A stretch of DNA of 64,000 bases from Candidatus Omnitrophota bacterium (GTDB lineage Bacteria; Omnitrophota; Gorgyraeia; Gygaellales; Profunditerraquicolaceae): assembly GCA_041650835.1 (NCBI GenBank), contig JBAZKL010000004.1, forward strand, positions 294,900-358,899, read 5' to 3'. Below are positions 20,915-29,686 of the stretch, one piece after another; positions within the stretch are counted from its first letter, which is position 1; each line of letters opens with the position of its first letter. A program made the translations under genes and the position numbers. The notes beneath the pieces are model-generated. The model ran no database searches, had not been told where the DNA came from, and was given only the letters and a program-made list of their open reading frames with translations.

Positions 20915-21928
20915 TTACACCCTCTGTGAATATTCTTTTAATAACTCCAGCTTCTTTAACGCTTTTCCCGAATCGATCGCTTCTTCGGCTAATTGAATGC
21001 CCTCTTTAACGCACGGAGCCCTGTCAGCCGCGTAAATCGCGCAGGCGGCGTTAAAAACGACCAGGTCCCGCAGGCAGCCGGATTGCCCCTTTAAAATATC
21101 AAGCAAAACAGCCGCATTCTCCCGGGCAGAGCCGCCGCGAAGGTCTTCTATGCGCGCGCGCGTAAAGCCGAATTCTTCCGGAGTTATCAAATAAGAACTT
21201 ATTTTACCGTCATGAACTTCCGCGACTTGCGTTGCCGCGGTAGTAGATACCTCATCAAGCCCGTCTTCTCCATGGACCACCAAAGCGTGCACGGCGCCTA
21301 CCCGGCTGAGAACATGCGCTATTTTCTTAACCCAGCTTTTCTCATAAACGCCTACCAACTGGTGCCGCGCACCCGCGGGATTGGTTAACGGCCCCAGGAT
21401 ATTAAAAATAGTCTTACGGGCGATCTGCTTGCGGGCTGGCATAGCGTATTTCATCGCCGGATGAAGATTTTGAGCGAATAAAAAAGCGATACCGATATCC
21501 TTGAGGCTCCCGCTTAATCTTTCAGGGCTCAAATTCAGGTTAACCCCTAATGCCTCTAATATATCGGCGCTTCCCGAACGGCTGGAAACCGAACGATTAC
21601 CGTGTTTCGCAACCCTGATGTTACAGCCGCTGGCAACCAGGGCTACCGCGGTCGAAACATTAAAAATACCTTTTTGATCTCCGCCGGTCCCGCAGGTATC
21701 TAAAATAACCCCTTCAACAACAGGCACCTTCCTGACATGGCGGCGCATCACCAATACCGCTGCAGTGATCTCCTCAACGCTCTGCCCCTTATCTTCAAGG
21801 GCGATGAGAAAAGAAACGATCTCAGGAGTATCGACCGTGCCGGTCATGATCTCCTCCATCACCGCTTCCATCTGCGCGCTGTTCAAATCTTGTTTCTTTT
21901 GCAGTTGTTGGATCGCTTCACGTATCAT
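20915..21928 (-). CDS. trpD: Anthranilate phosphoribosyltransferase
   Basis: 337 aa. DTCGTGGD glycine-rich motif and KHGNRSVSS are present. Confidence 0.9.
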   Translation of the reverse strand: MIREAIQQLQKKQDLNSAQMEAVMEEIMTGTVDTPEIVSFLIALEDKGQSVEEITAAVLVMRRHVRKVPVVEGVILDTCGTGGDQKGIFNVSTAVALVASGCNIRVAKHGNRSVSSRSGSADILEALGVNLNLSPERLSGSLKDIGIAFLFAQNLHPAMKYAMPARKQIARKTIFNILGPLTNPAGARHQLVGVYEKSWVKKIAHVLSRVGAVHALVVHGEDGLDEVSTTAATQVAEVHDGKISSYLITPEEFGFTRARIEDLRGGSARENAAVLLDILKGQSGCLRDLVVFNAACAIYAADRAPCVKEGIQLAEEAIDSGKALKKLELLKEYSQRV

Positions 21929-22488
21929 AACGTTAAAAAGTTAGAAAGCAGGTCTTTCCCGGATTTAGTCAAAATGGATTCCGGGTGGAACTGGACGCCC
22001 CAGAGAGGGTATTTTCTATGCTTAAGCCCCATGATCTCACCCGATTTCGTCCAGGCAGTGACCTCAAAACATCGAGGAAGGCTTTTCTTTTCAACCAATA
22101 AAGAGTGGTACCGAGTCGCCTCGAACGGATCGGGGAGGGATTTAAATATTTCTTTACCATTGTGATAGATAAGGGAAGTTTTTCCGTGCATCAACTTCCG
22201 GGCGTTAATAATGCGGCCGCCGTAAACCAGGCCGATCGCCTGATGTCCTAAACAAACTCCCAGGATCGGGATCATCCCGGAAAATTCCTTAATCACCTCG
22301 CAAGAAATACCCGCGTCTTCGGGCCTGCCCGGGCCGGGAGAGATCACGATCCGCCGGGGCTTTATTTTTTTTATCTGTCCGATCGTTATTTTATCGTTCC
22401 TGAAGACCTTAATATCCTGGCCTAATTCTCCGAAATATTGAACAAGATTATACGTAAAAGAATCATAATTATCGATCATAAGGATCAT
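21925..22488 (-). CDS. trpG: Anthranilate synthase component II / class I glutamine amidotransferase (TrpG/PabA)
   Basis: 187 aa. The catalytic Cys is in GVCLGHQ. The C-terminal HPES motif is present. No trpE is adjacent. Confidence 0.85.
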   Translation of the reverse strand: MILMIDNYDSFTYNLVQYFGELGQDIKVFRNDKITIGQIKKIKPRRIVISPGPGRPEDAGISCEVIKEFSGMIPILGVCLGHQAIGLVYGGRIINARKLMHGKTSLIYHNGKEIFKSLPDPFEATRYHSLLVEKKSLPRCFEVTAWTKSGEIMGLKHRKYPLWGVQFHPESILTKSGKDLLSNFLTL

Positions 22489-22503
22489 ATCGAACCTCTC
22501 CTC

Positions 22504-23766
22504 CTATTCTTTCTCCCGCCATATCCGGGCGCCCAACTGCTGCAGCTTCATTTCCAGGTTCTCGTAACCGCGCTCCAAGTGATAGATCCTGGAAATTGAG
22601 GTTTTCCCCCGCGCAACCAGGCCCGCCAGTACAAGCCCCGCGGAGGCGCGCAAATCGGAAGCCATGACCGGCGCGCCCGATAAATGCCCTACGCCCTGGA
22701 CGATCGCGTGCGGCCCTTCGATCTGGATATTGGCTCCCATGCGGTTTAATTCAGGGACATGCATAAACCGGTCGGGATAAATCTTCTCGGTGATCACGCT
22801 GATGCCGGCAGTTACGCTCATCAGGCTCATGATCTGGGCCTGGGCGTCAGTCGGAAATGCCGGATACGGTAAAGTCGTCAGGTTCACGGGCTTTAATTTC
22901 CTCTTGAGCCGCAAGGAAATTGTCGGGTCTTTCTTGATAACGTTTGCGCCTGTTTCTTCTAATTTATCGATAACCGCTCCTAAATGCTTGCTTATCGCGT
23001 TCTTGATCAGGATATCGCCGTTCGTGATCAATGAAGCTATCATGAACGTCGCGGTCTCGATCCTATCAGGGATAACACTATGGTCGGCCCCGTGCAAACG
23101 CTTGACCCCTTCGATCTCAATCGTGGGAGTACCGTGGCCTTTGATCTTTGCCCCCATCCTGATCAAGAACTCGGCTAAATCAGCGACTTCGGGCTCACAG
23201 GCAGCGGACTCGATCACGGTCCTGCCCTGAGCAAGGCAGGCGGCCATCATCACATTATCCGTTGCCAGGACAGAAGAGCCAAACGCTCCCCCTAAATAAA
23301 TATGGTTCCCCTTTAAACGGGGGGCGTCAACAACCACATACCCGGATTCAACATTAAGAGAGGCGCCGAGGGCCTTAATCCCTTTGATATGCAGGTCAAC
23401 CGGGCGTATACCGATAACGCAGCCGCCGGGAAGAGAGACCTTTGCTTTCTTTAATTTCCCTACCAGCGGGCCCAGGACGCAAAAAGAAGCGCGCATAGTC
23501 GAAACTAATTTATAATCGGCCACATACGTGCAGTTCTTGGTTGCCGTCACCAGGACCCTGCCCTTATCCATCTCGACATTCTTTCCTAAAGAACGCAAGA
23601 TCTTGAGCATCGTGACCGTATCCCGCAGATTAGGCACATTTTTAATGACACAGGGGCCATCCGTCAACAAAGTTGCCGCCAGTATCGGCAATACCGCATT
23701 CTTAGAGCCGGAAACGGAAACTTCGCCCTTAAGCTTGATCCCGCCTTCAATGATTAATTTATCCAT
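22504..23766 (-). CDS. murA: UDP-N-acetylglucosamine 1-carboxyvinyltransferase
   Basis: 420 aa. MDKLIIEGG N-terminus and the active-site loop region match the EPT fold. Confidence 0.92.
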   Translation of the reverse strand: MDKLIIEGGIKLKGEVSVSGSKNAVLPILAATLLTDGPCVIKNVPNLRDTVTMLKILRSLGKNVEMDKGRVLVTATKNCTYVADYKLVSTMRASFCVLGPLVGKLKKAKVSLPGGCVIGIRPVDLHIKGIKALGASLNVESGYVVVDAPRLKGNHIYLGGAFGSSVLATDNVMMAACLAQGRTVIESAACEPEVADLAEFLIRMGAKIKGHGTPTIEIEGVKRLHGADHSVIPDRIETATFMIASLITNGDILIKNAISKHLGAVIDKLEETGANVIKKDPTISLRLKRKLKPVNLTTLPYPAFPTDAQAQIMSLMSVTAGISVITEKIYPDRFMHVPELNRMGANIQIEGPHAIVQGVGHLSGAPVMASDLRASAGLVLAGLVARGKTSISRIYHLERGYENLEMKLQQLGARIWREKE

Positions 23767-23805
23767 TTTTTAAATCCTCTTATGAATATCCTGTATTTGC
23801 TAACG

Positions 23806-23924
23806 GTAGTTAGGTAAGGGTAAAGCAGTTAGTTTAGTAGTTCGGTATAGTAGTTTGTGTTAAAAACCTAATTACCTAACCTAACAACCAAACTAAGATC
23901 TTAACCTTAACCAAACTACCTTAG
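23806..23924. repeat. Long imperfect palindrome (TAGG/GGTA-rich arm versus CCTA/TACC-rich arm) upstream of murA
   Basis: Left arm: GGTAGTTAGGTAAGGGTAAAGCAGTTAGTTTAGTAGTT. The right arm is its approximate reverse complement, CCTAATTACCTAACCTAACAACCAAACTAAG...AACTACC. The centre is near 23865. Confidence 0.5.
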
Positions 23925-23955
23925 TTAAAAATATATATTTCCTAACTTATTAATA

Positions 23956-24738
23956 CTACTCACCTTTACGCGCTACCACTACCCTATCAATATGGGCATA
24001 ATCTTTGACTATCTCTATTATCTCAAATTTTCCTGAATTTTGAAGGATATTCTTTATAGCAGCGCATTGGCCATAGCCCATCTCCATGATCAACAGCCCA
24101 TGCGTTCTTAAATAGTCAGGCGCATCGGCAATAATCCTGCGGTAGAGATCCAAGCCATCGGCTCCGCCGTCTAAAGCCACGAAAGGTTCACAGCGGATCT
24201 CAGCCTGTAATCTTTGAATTTCATCTGTTGGGATATACGGGGGATTACTTACAATAATATCGAAATGCCGGCCGGCTAAACACGCCGAGGAGAATAAGTC
24301 GCTTTCGATGAAATTTACCGTGACGTTATGCTCCGCGGCATTAACAGAAGCTACGCGCAATGCCTGAGAGGAGATATCAACCGCGTCAATAACCGCATGA
24401 GCAAGGGCCTTTGCCAGAGATACCGCGATACATCCTGAACCGGTCCCGATATCCAGGATATACCGGTACCCGGTGAGCCGGGCGGCCTTCTGTGCCGTAT
24501 CAACCAGGATTTCCGTTTCCGGCCGGGGGATGAGAACATCAGCGTTGACATTCAAGACATACCCCATAAAATCAGCCTCGCCCAGTATATACTGCAGCGG
24601 CTCTCCGGTTACCCGCCGCTTTAAGACACCGGCAACCTTACGTAAAACCCCCGCCTCAAGGACTTTATCTTTATCAAGGTAAAGCGAATGCCGGCTGCAT
24701 CGTAAAACAGAAGAAAACAACAATTCCGCTTCATTCAT
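23956..24738 (-). CDS. prmC: Release factor glutamine N5-methyltransferase PrmC (HemK)
   Basis: 260 aa. DIGTGSGCIA is the SAM motif I. NPPY is present. It overlaps the prfA stop. Confidence 0.9.
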   Translation of the reverse strand: MNEAELLFSSVLRCSRHSLYLDKDKVLEAGVLRKVAGVLKRRVTGEPLQYILGEADFMGYVLNVNADVLIPRPETEILVDTAQKAARLTGYRYILDIGTGSGCIAVSLAKALAHAVIDAVDISSQALRVASVNAAEHNVTVNFIESDLFSSACLAGRHFDIIVSNPPYIPTDEIQRLQAEIRCEPFVALDGGADGLDLYRRIIADAPDYLRTHGLLIMEMGYGQCAAIKNILQNSGKFEIIEIVKDYAHIDRVVVARKGE

Positions 24739-25807
24739 TGACTTTTAGGTCTCTCTGTTTTTCCTGCGACGCTTTAATCAAAGCGTCTGAAAACTCTTCC
24801 AGATCGCCTTCCAGGATCGACTCCAGCTGATATGAAGAATAATTGATCCGATGGTCGGTAACACGGCGGTCGGGGAAATTATACGTGCGGATCTTTTCAC
24901 TTCTATCGCCGGTCCCGATCTGGGAACGCCGCGCCTCAGAAACTCTTTTAAATTCTTCCTGGCGTTTTGAATCCAAAATCCGGGCAAGCAATATCCTCAT
25001 CGCTTTATGCTTATTCTTTAACTGAGACCGCTCATCCTGGCAGGTTACCACGGTATTGGTAGGCAGATGCGTTATCCGCACCGCAGAATCGGTCTTCTGC
25101 ACATTTTGTCCCCCCGCCCCCGAAGAGCGATAAGTATCGATACGCAGGTCTTTTTGGTCGATCGCGATCCCGGCATCTTCATCGGGCTCGACTAATACAA
25201 CGACAGTCGCCGTTGAAGTATGTATCCGCCCTTGAGCTTCAGTCTCCGGGACCCGCTGCACCCGGTGCACGCCGCTCTCAAATTTAAGCTTCTTAAAAGC
25301 ATCCCTGCCCTTTACGCTAAAGATAATTTCTTTAAAGCCGCCGCTTTCGTTTTCATGGCTGGACATGGATTCAACGTTCCAATCCTTTTTTGCCGCGTAT
25401 TTCACATACATACGATACAGGTCAGCCGCGAACAATCCCGCTTCATCGCCGCCGGTTCCCGGACGGATCTCAACAATGACCCCCTTACCGGCATCCTCGT
25501 CTTCGCCTTGCAACGCCTCAAACAATTCCTGTTCCAGACGGATTTTCCTGGCCTTCAACTCCCCTGTTTCTTTTTGCGCCAGTTCGACAAAATCACGGTC
25601 ATGTTTTTCCTGCAAGAGCTGCGCCAAATCGGTTAACTCAGCCGTAACCTTTTTATATTCCCTGTACAACGATACGGCGGCCCGCAGCCCGGCAAGCTCT
25701 TTTGCCAGCTTTTGACACTGATTCTGGTCGGTGACGACCTCGGCAGACCCAAGCAAGAGCTCGATCTCGTGGTAGCGTTTTTCAATCTTTTCTAATTGTG
25801 CGAACAT
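24731..25807 (-). CDS. prfA: Peptide chain release factor 1
   Basis: 358 aa. GGQ motif (SSGAGGQNVQKT). PxT-like recognition region. Confidence 0.92.
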   Translation of the reverse strand: MFAQLEKIEKRYHEIELLLGSAEVVTDQNQCQKLAKELAGLRAAVSLYREYKKVTAELTDLAQLLQEKHDRDFVELAQKETGELKARKIRLEQELFEALQGEDEDAGKGVIVEIRPGTGGDEAGLFAADLYRMYVKYAAKKDWNVESMSSHENESGGFKEIIFSVKGRDAFKKLKFESGVHRVQRVPETEAQGRIHTSTATVVVLVEPDEDAGIAIDQKDLRIDTYRSSGAGGQNVQKTDSAVRITHLPTNTVVTCQDERSQLKNKHKAMRILLARILDSKRQEEFKRVSEARRSQIGTGDRSEKIRTYNFPDRRVTDHRINYSSYQLESILEGDLEEFSDALIKASQEKQRDLKVNE

Positions 25808-25931
25808 ATTGACAGGTCAGCGAATAAATAAATTGCATGTGAAATAAACTAAAACAGAAAAAGTCTAAAGGTAACCCCCTCGACAGAGCTCGGGATGAAT
25901 GAACCATAAGCGCCTGAGGCATGGTTCATTC

Positions 25932-26058
25932 AAAGTCTAAAGAACAAAGGAAGATGAAAGTCTCAAGGTTTAATTTTAAAATTTCCTACCTGCCGGCAGG
26001 CAGGAACCTTTAATCTTTGAATTTCCTTTAATATTTGCTCTTGAGCCTTTAAACTTTA
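25932..26058. repeat. Nested-palindrome intergenic element, copy B
   Basis: CAAAGTCTAAAGAACAAAGGAAG ... CCTGCCGGCAGGCAGG ... ATTTCCTTTAAT ... TTTAAACTTTAT. The outer arm overlaps the rpmE stop codon. Confidence 0.6.
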
Positions 26059-26256
26059 TTTTTTGCCGTACTTTTTCATGAACTTATCAACGCGGCCTGC
26101 TGAATCAACAAATTTCTGCTTGCCGGTGAAAAAAGGATGGCACTTAGAACAGATCTCGACCCTGATATTGGGTTTTGTTGAACGGGTATGGATAATCTCC
26201 CCGCAGGCGCAGACGATCGAACTTTCTTTGTAGCTTGGGTGGATCTTGTCTTTCAT
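26056..26256 (-). CDS. rpmE: 50S ribosomal protein L31
   Basis: 66 aa, [20 protein letters not shown]...[12 protein letters not shown]. Zinc-binding L31 type A. Confidence 0.92.
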   Translation of the reverse strand: MKDKIHPSYKESSIVCACGEIIHTRSTKPNIRVEICSKCHPFFTGKQKFVDSAGRVDKFMKKYGKK

Positions 26257-26292
26257 TTTACTTCCTCCTTTACTCTTTTAATTGTTACTCGA

Positions 26293-27549
26293 TTATTGAT
26301 TCATACTATTCAAAAACTCATCATTATTCTTGGTCTTAGCAAGTTTTTCGATCAACAGCTCCATTGCCTCGACGTTATTCAGGTCATTCAGGACTTTTCG
26401 CAATATCCAGACCCGCTGTAATTCATCCGGCCTTAAGAGTAATTCTTCATGGCGCGTATTGGAACGCTTAATATCGATAGCGGGATAAATCCTGCGCTGG
26501 AAGAGGTTCCTGTCAAGCTGCAGCTCCATATTACCGGTCCCTTTGAATTCTTCAAAGATGACTTCATCCATACGGCTGCCGGTATCAACAAGGGCTGTCG
26601 CGATAATGGTCAGGCTCCCCCCCTCGTCGATAGCACGCGCTGCTCCGAAGAAACGCTTTGGTTTTTGCAAAGCATTTGCGTCGATACCGCCTGAAAGGAC
26701 TTTGCCGCTGTGCGGCACAACCGCGTTATAAGCACGCGCAAGGCGGGTAATGCTGTCCAGAAGTATAACGACATCGCGCTTATGTTCCGTCAACCGTTTG
26801 GCTTTCTCCAAGACGATCTCAGCGACCTGGATATGCCGTTCCGGCGGCTCATCAAAAGTAGACGAAATGACCTCCCCGCGGACATTACGCTGCATATCGG
26901 TGACTTCCTCAGGGCGTTCATCGATCAACAAAACGATCAAGATCACATCCGGATTATTATTCATGATCGCATTCGCCAGCTTCTGCAGGAGAACGGTTTT
27001 ACCGCTGTACGGTTGCGCGACGATCAATCCGCGCTGGCCTTTACCCAACGGGGTCAAAAGGCTCATGACGCGCATCGATATCTCTTCCGGCTTTGTCTCC
27101 AGGACAAACCGCTGATGCGGGTAGATCGGGGTTAAGTTATCAAAAAGTATCTTTTCTTTCGTATCCTCGGGCTTTTCGAAATTGACAGCCTCAACCTTCA
27201 ACAGGGCGAAATATTTCTCCCCTTCTTTAGGAGGGCGTATCTGGCCGCTGACCGTGTCCCCGGTACGCAGGTCGAACTTGCGTATTTGCGACGGAGAGAT
27301 ATAAATATCATCCGGGCAGGGTAAATAATTATAATTCGGGCTGCGCAAGAAACCGAACCCTTCGGGAAGGATCTCTAAGATCCCCTCTCCGAACATAAGC
27401 CCTTCTTTTTCCGCCTGCGCCTGAAGCAGCTTAAAGATCAAATCCTGCTTCTTTAAACCGCTTATACCGTTGACATTCATCTCCCGGGCAAGCTTACTTA
27501 ATTCCACGATTTTCATATCCTTCAAATTTCCGATATCCAACTTATCCAC
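26293..27549 (-). CDS. rho: Transcription termination factor Rho
   Basis: 418 aa. N-terminal OB/RNA-binding region. Walker A is AQPYSGKT. The Q- and R-loop regions are present. Confidence 0.93.
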   Translation of the reverse strand: MDKLDIGNLKDMKIVELSKLAREMNVNGISGLKKQDLIFKLLQAQAEKEGLMFGEGILEILPEGFGFLRSPNYNYLPCPDDIYISPSQIRKFDLRTGDTVSGQIRPPKEGEKYFALLKVEAVNFEKPEDTKEKILFDNLTPIYPHQRFVLETKPEEISMRVMSLLTPLGKGQRGLIVAQPYSGKTVLLQKLANAIMNNNPDVILIVLLIDERPEEVTDMQRNVRGEVISSTFDEPPERHIQVAEIVLEKAKRLTEHKRDVVILLDSITRLARAYNAVVPHSGKVLSGGIDANALQKPKRFFGAARAIDEGGSLTIIATALVDTGSRMDEVIFEEFKGTGNMELQLDRNLFQRRIYPAIDIKRSNTRHEELLLRPDELQRVWILRKVLNDLNNVEAMELLIEKLAKTKNNDEFLNSMNQ

Positions 27550-27567
27550 TACATCCTCCCTTGTTCT

Positions 27568-28224
27568 TTACAGTACCTTGGTACTCATTTGCCTGCTGTT
27601 CAAGCGGGCGCTTATCGCGCCAAAAACTTCCAACGCCTGCCGCCTCGTCCTGCTTTTTGTTTGGTCGTTATCTATTACAAAATCCGCCCGCCTTATCTTT
27701 TCTGCGAGCGGAATTTGGCATGCAATCCTTTTTTTGATCTCCGATTGCAAGAGTCCGGTTTTCTTCATGATACGAGAAACCTGCTTATCAGGGCTTATGG
27801 TTACAACGATAAGCGTATCGACGAGCTTTGTCAAACCCGCTTCCACCAGCAACGGCGCGTCTAAAACGATAATCCCGGATGTATGCGCCCTGATACGCGA
27901 CTTGATCATACGGATGATCGCCGGCTGAATGATCCTGTTCAGGCGAACCAGGCGTGATTTATCGTTAAAAACGACCTCTCCCAGCTTCTTGCGGTCAATA
28001 GTCAAATCCTTTTTAAGGATATCTTCCCCGAAAACCCGGATGATCCTGCGATAAACCGCTGAAGCAGGACGGATCAAAGAATGCGCGATCTTATCGGCAT
28101 CAATAACGTGCGCCCCGCGGCCGGCGAAAATCCCGGCGACACTGCTTTTACCGCTGCCGAAACTTCCCGTAAGCCCGACCACGACCCTTTTACGCCGATT
28201 CTTCTTTTGAGCGGACGCCGGCAT
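27568..28224 (-). CDS. coaE: Dephospho-CoA kinase
   Basis: P-loop GLTGSFGSGKSS. The likely start is the Met of MPASAQKK at 28224. The ORF track's upstream extension to 28332 would overlap glgA. Confidence 0.85.
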   Translation of the reverse strand: MPASAQKKNRRKRVVVGLTGSFGSGKSSVAGIFAGRGAHVIDADKIAHSLIRPASAVYRRIIRVFGEDILKKDLTIDRKKLGEVVFNDKSRLVRLNRIIQPAIIRMIKSRIRAHTSGIIVLDAPLLVEAGLTKLVDTLIVVTISPDKQVSRIMKKTGLLQSEIKKRIACQIPLAEKIRRADFVIDNDQTKSRTRRQALEVFGAISARLNSRQMSTKVL

Positions 28225-28234
28225 TATTATCACC

Positions 28235-29647
28235 TTAGGTTCCTGAGCACGCCTTCCTGTACAACTGGACATATTGCTTCGCCGAATCTTCCCAGGCGAA
28301 CTGGGCGTGCATCGCTTCTTTAATAAGCGCAAGCCATTTCTTCTTAAGTTTAAACGCGGCAGTTGCCTTTTTGATCGTCGCGATCAAAGCTTCCGGGCTG
28401 TATTCATCAAAAATAAAACCGTTCCCCGGCGTAACCGTGTCTGCCAGGCCTCCGGTCTTAAAGACAAGCGGGATCGTCCCATAACGCAGGCTGATCAACT
28501 GCCCCAGGCCGCAGGGCTCATATTTTGACGGCATCAGAAAAATATCCGAGCCGGCGTATATTTTATGCGCCAGCGTATCGTCAAACTTCAGCTGCAGCGA
28601 AATGATCTTCGGGTATTTCTTCACCATCGCTTCCAGGACCTGATGATATTTTAGATCCCCGGTTCCCAGGATCACCAGCTGGAGCTCCATCTTACAGATC
28701 TTATCGATCGCCTGGGCTAAAATATCAAACCCTTTTTGTTCGGCAAGGCGCGAAACAATACCCACCAGAGGGACGGCATCCTTGAGCGGAAGCTTACAGG
28801 CACCCTGGAGATCTTTTTTATTTTCATACTTCTTCTCGATAGAATCATACGCGTACATTGCCTTAAGAGCCTTATCTTTCTCGGGGTTCCAGATATCATA
28901 ATCAAGCCCGTTCAAGATCCCCAGCACTGCCCCGCCCCGTTTCGATAATACGCCCTCAAGCGCGAAACCAAATTCCTTGGTGCGGATCTCTTTACTATAC
29001 GTAGGGCTCACCGTCGTCACGAAATCAGAAAAAACAATGCCCCCTTTTAAAACATTCACCTTATCATAGAACTCCAGCATCTCCATATTAAAAAGCTCCC
29101 AATTCAGGCCTAATTTAGGGAACTCATCTTTAACAAAAAGCCCCTGGTAACCCATATTGTGGATCGTCAATATCGTCTTAGCTGCCTTGTAAAACGGGTC
29201 ATTCGTGTACAAATTCTTAAGATACACCGGGATCAACGCCGACTGCCAATCATGGCAATGGATGATATCCGCTTTAAAATTGACCTCTTTCAATAAACCG
29301 ATCGCCCTGCGGGAATAATATGAGAACCTGTCGAGGTTATCCGGATAATCTCCGGCCTTATCGCCATAAAGGCCGTCCCGGTTAAAATATTGTTCGTTTT
29401 CCACGAAATAAACTTTAACCTTTTCACCGATTATTGAATACGCGATACCGTTCTTTGCCTTGGTAATCTTGATGTTTTTGAGATTCCGTATCGTTTTATA
29501 CCCGGGCATAATAACGATAACTTCCTGCCCCGCCGCCTCTAATGCCTGCGGCAAAGCGCCCGCGACATCGGCGAGCCCCCCTGTTTTTGCAAACGGAACA
29601 ACCTCACTTGCGCATATCGCTATTTTCATCTTGATCCTCCCTTGCAC
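28235..29647 (-). CDS. glgA: Glycogen synthase (ADP-glucose type, GT5)
   Basis: 470 aa. KIAICASEVVPFAKTGGLADV N-terminal motif. The C-terminal GT-B domain has the GLTQL-like region. Confidence 0.9.
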   Translation of the reverse strand: MQGRIKMKIAICASEVVPFAKTGGLADVAGALPQALEAAGQEVIVIMPGYKTIRNLKNIKITKAKNGIAYSIIGEKVKVYFVENEQYFNRDGLYGDKAGDYPDNLDRFSYYSRRAIGLLKEVNFKADIIHCHDWQSALIPVYLKNLYTNDPFYKAAKTILTIHNMGYQGLFVKDEFPKLGLNWELFNMEMLEFYDKVNVLKGGIVFSDFVTTVSPTYSKEIRTKEFGFALEGVLSKRGGAVLGILNGLDYDIWNPEKDKALKAMYAYDSIEKKYENKKDLQGACKLPLKDAVPLVGIVSRLAEQKGFDILAQAIDKICKMELQLVILGTGDLKYHQVLEAMVKKYPKIISLQLKFDDTLAHKIYAGSDIFLMPSKYEPCGLGQLISLRYGTIPLVFKTGGLADTVTPGNGFIFDEYSPEALIATIKKATAAFKLKKKWLALIKEAMHAQFAWEDSAKQYVQLYRKACSGT

Positions 29648-29686
29648 CGGTTATCGGTTATTGGCTGAGCACCGACAACACCGATG

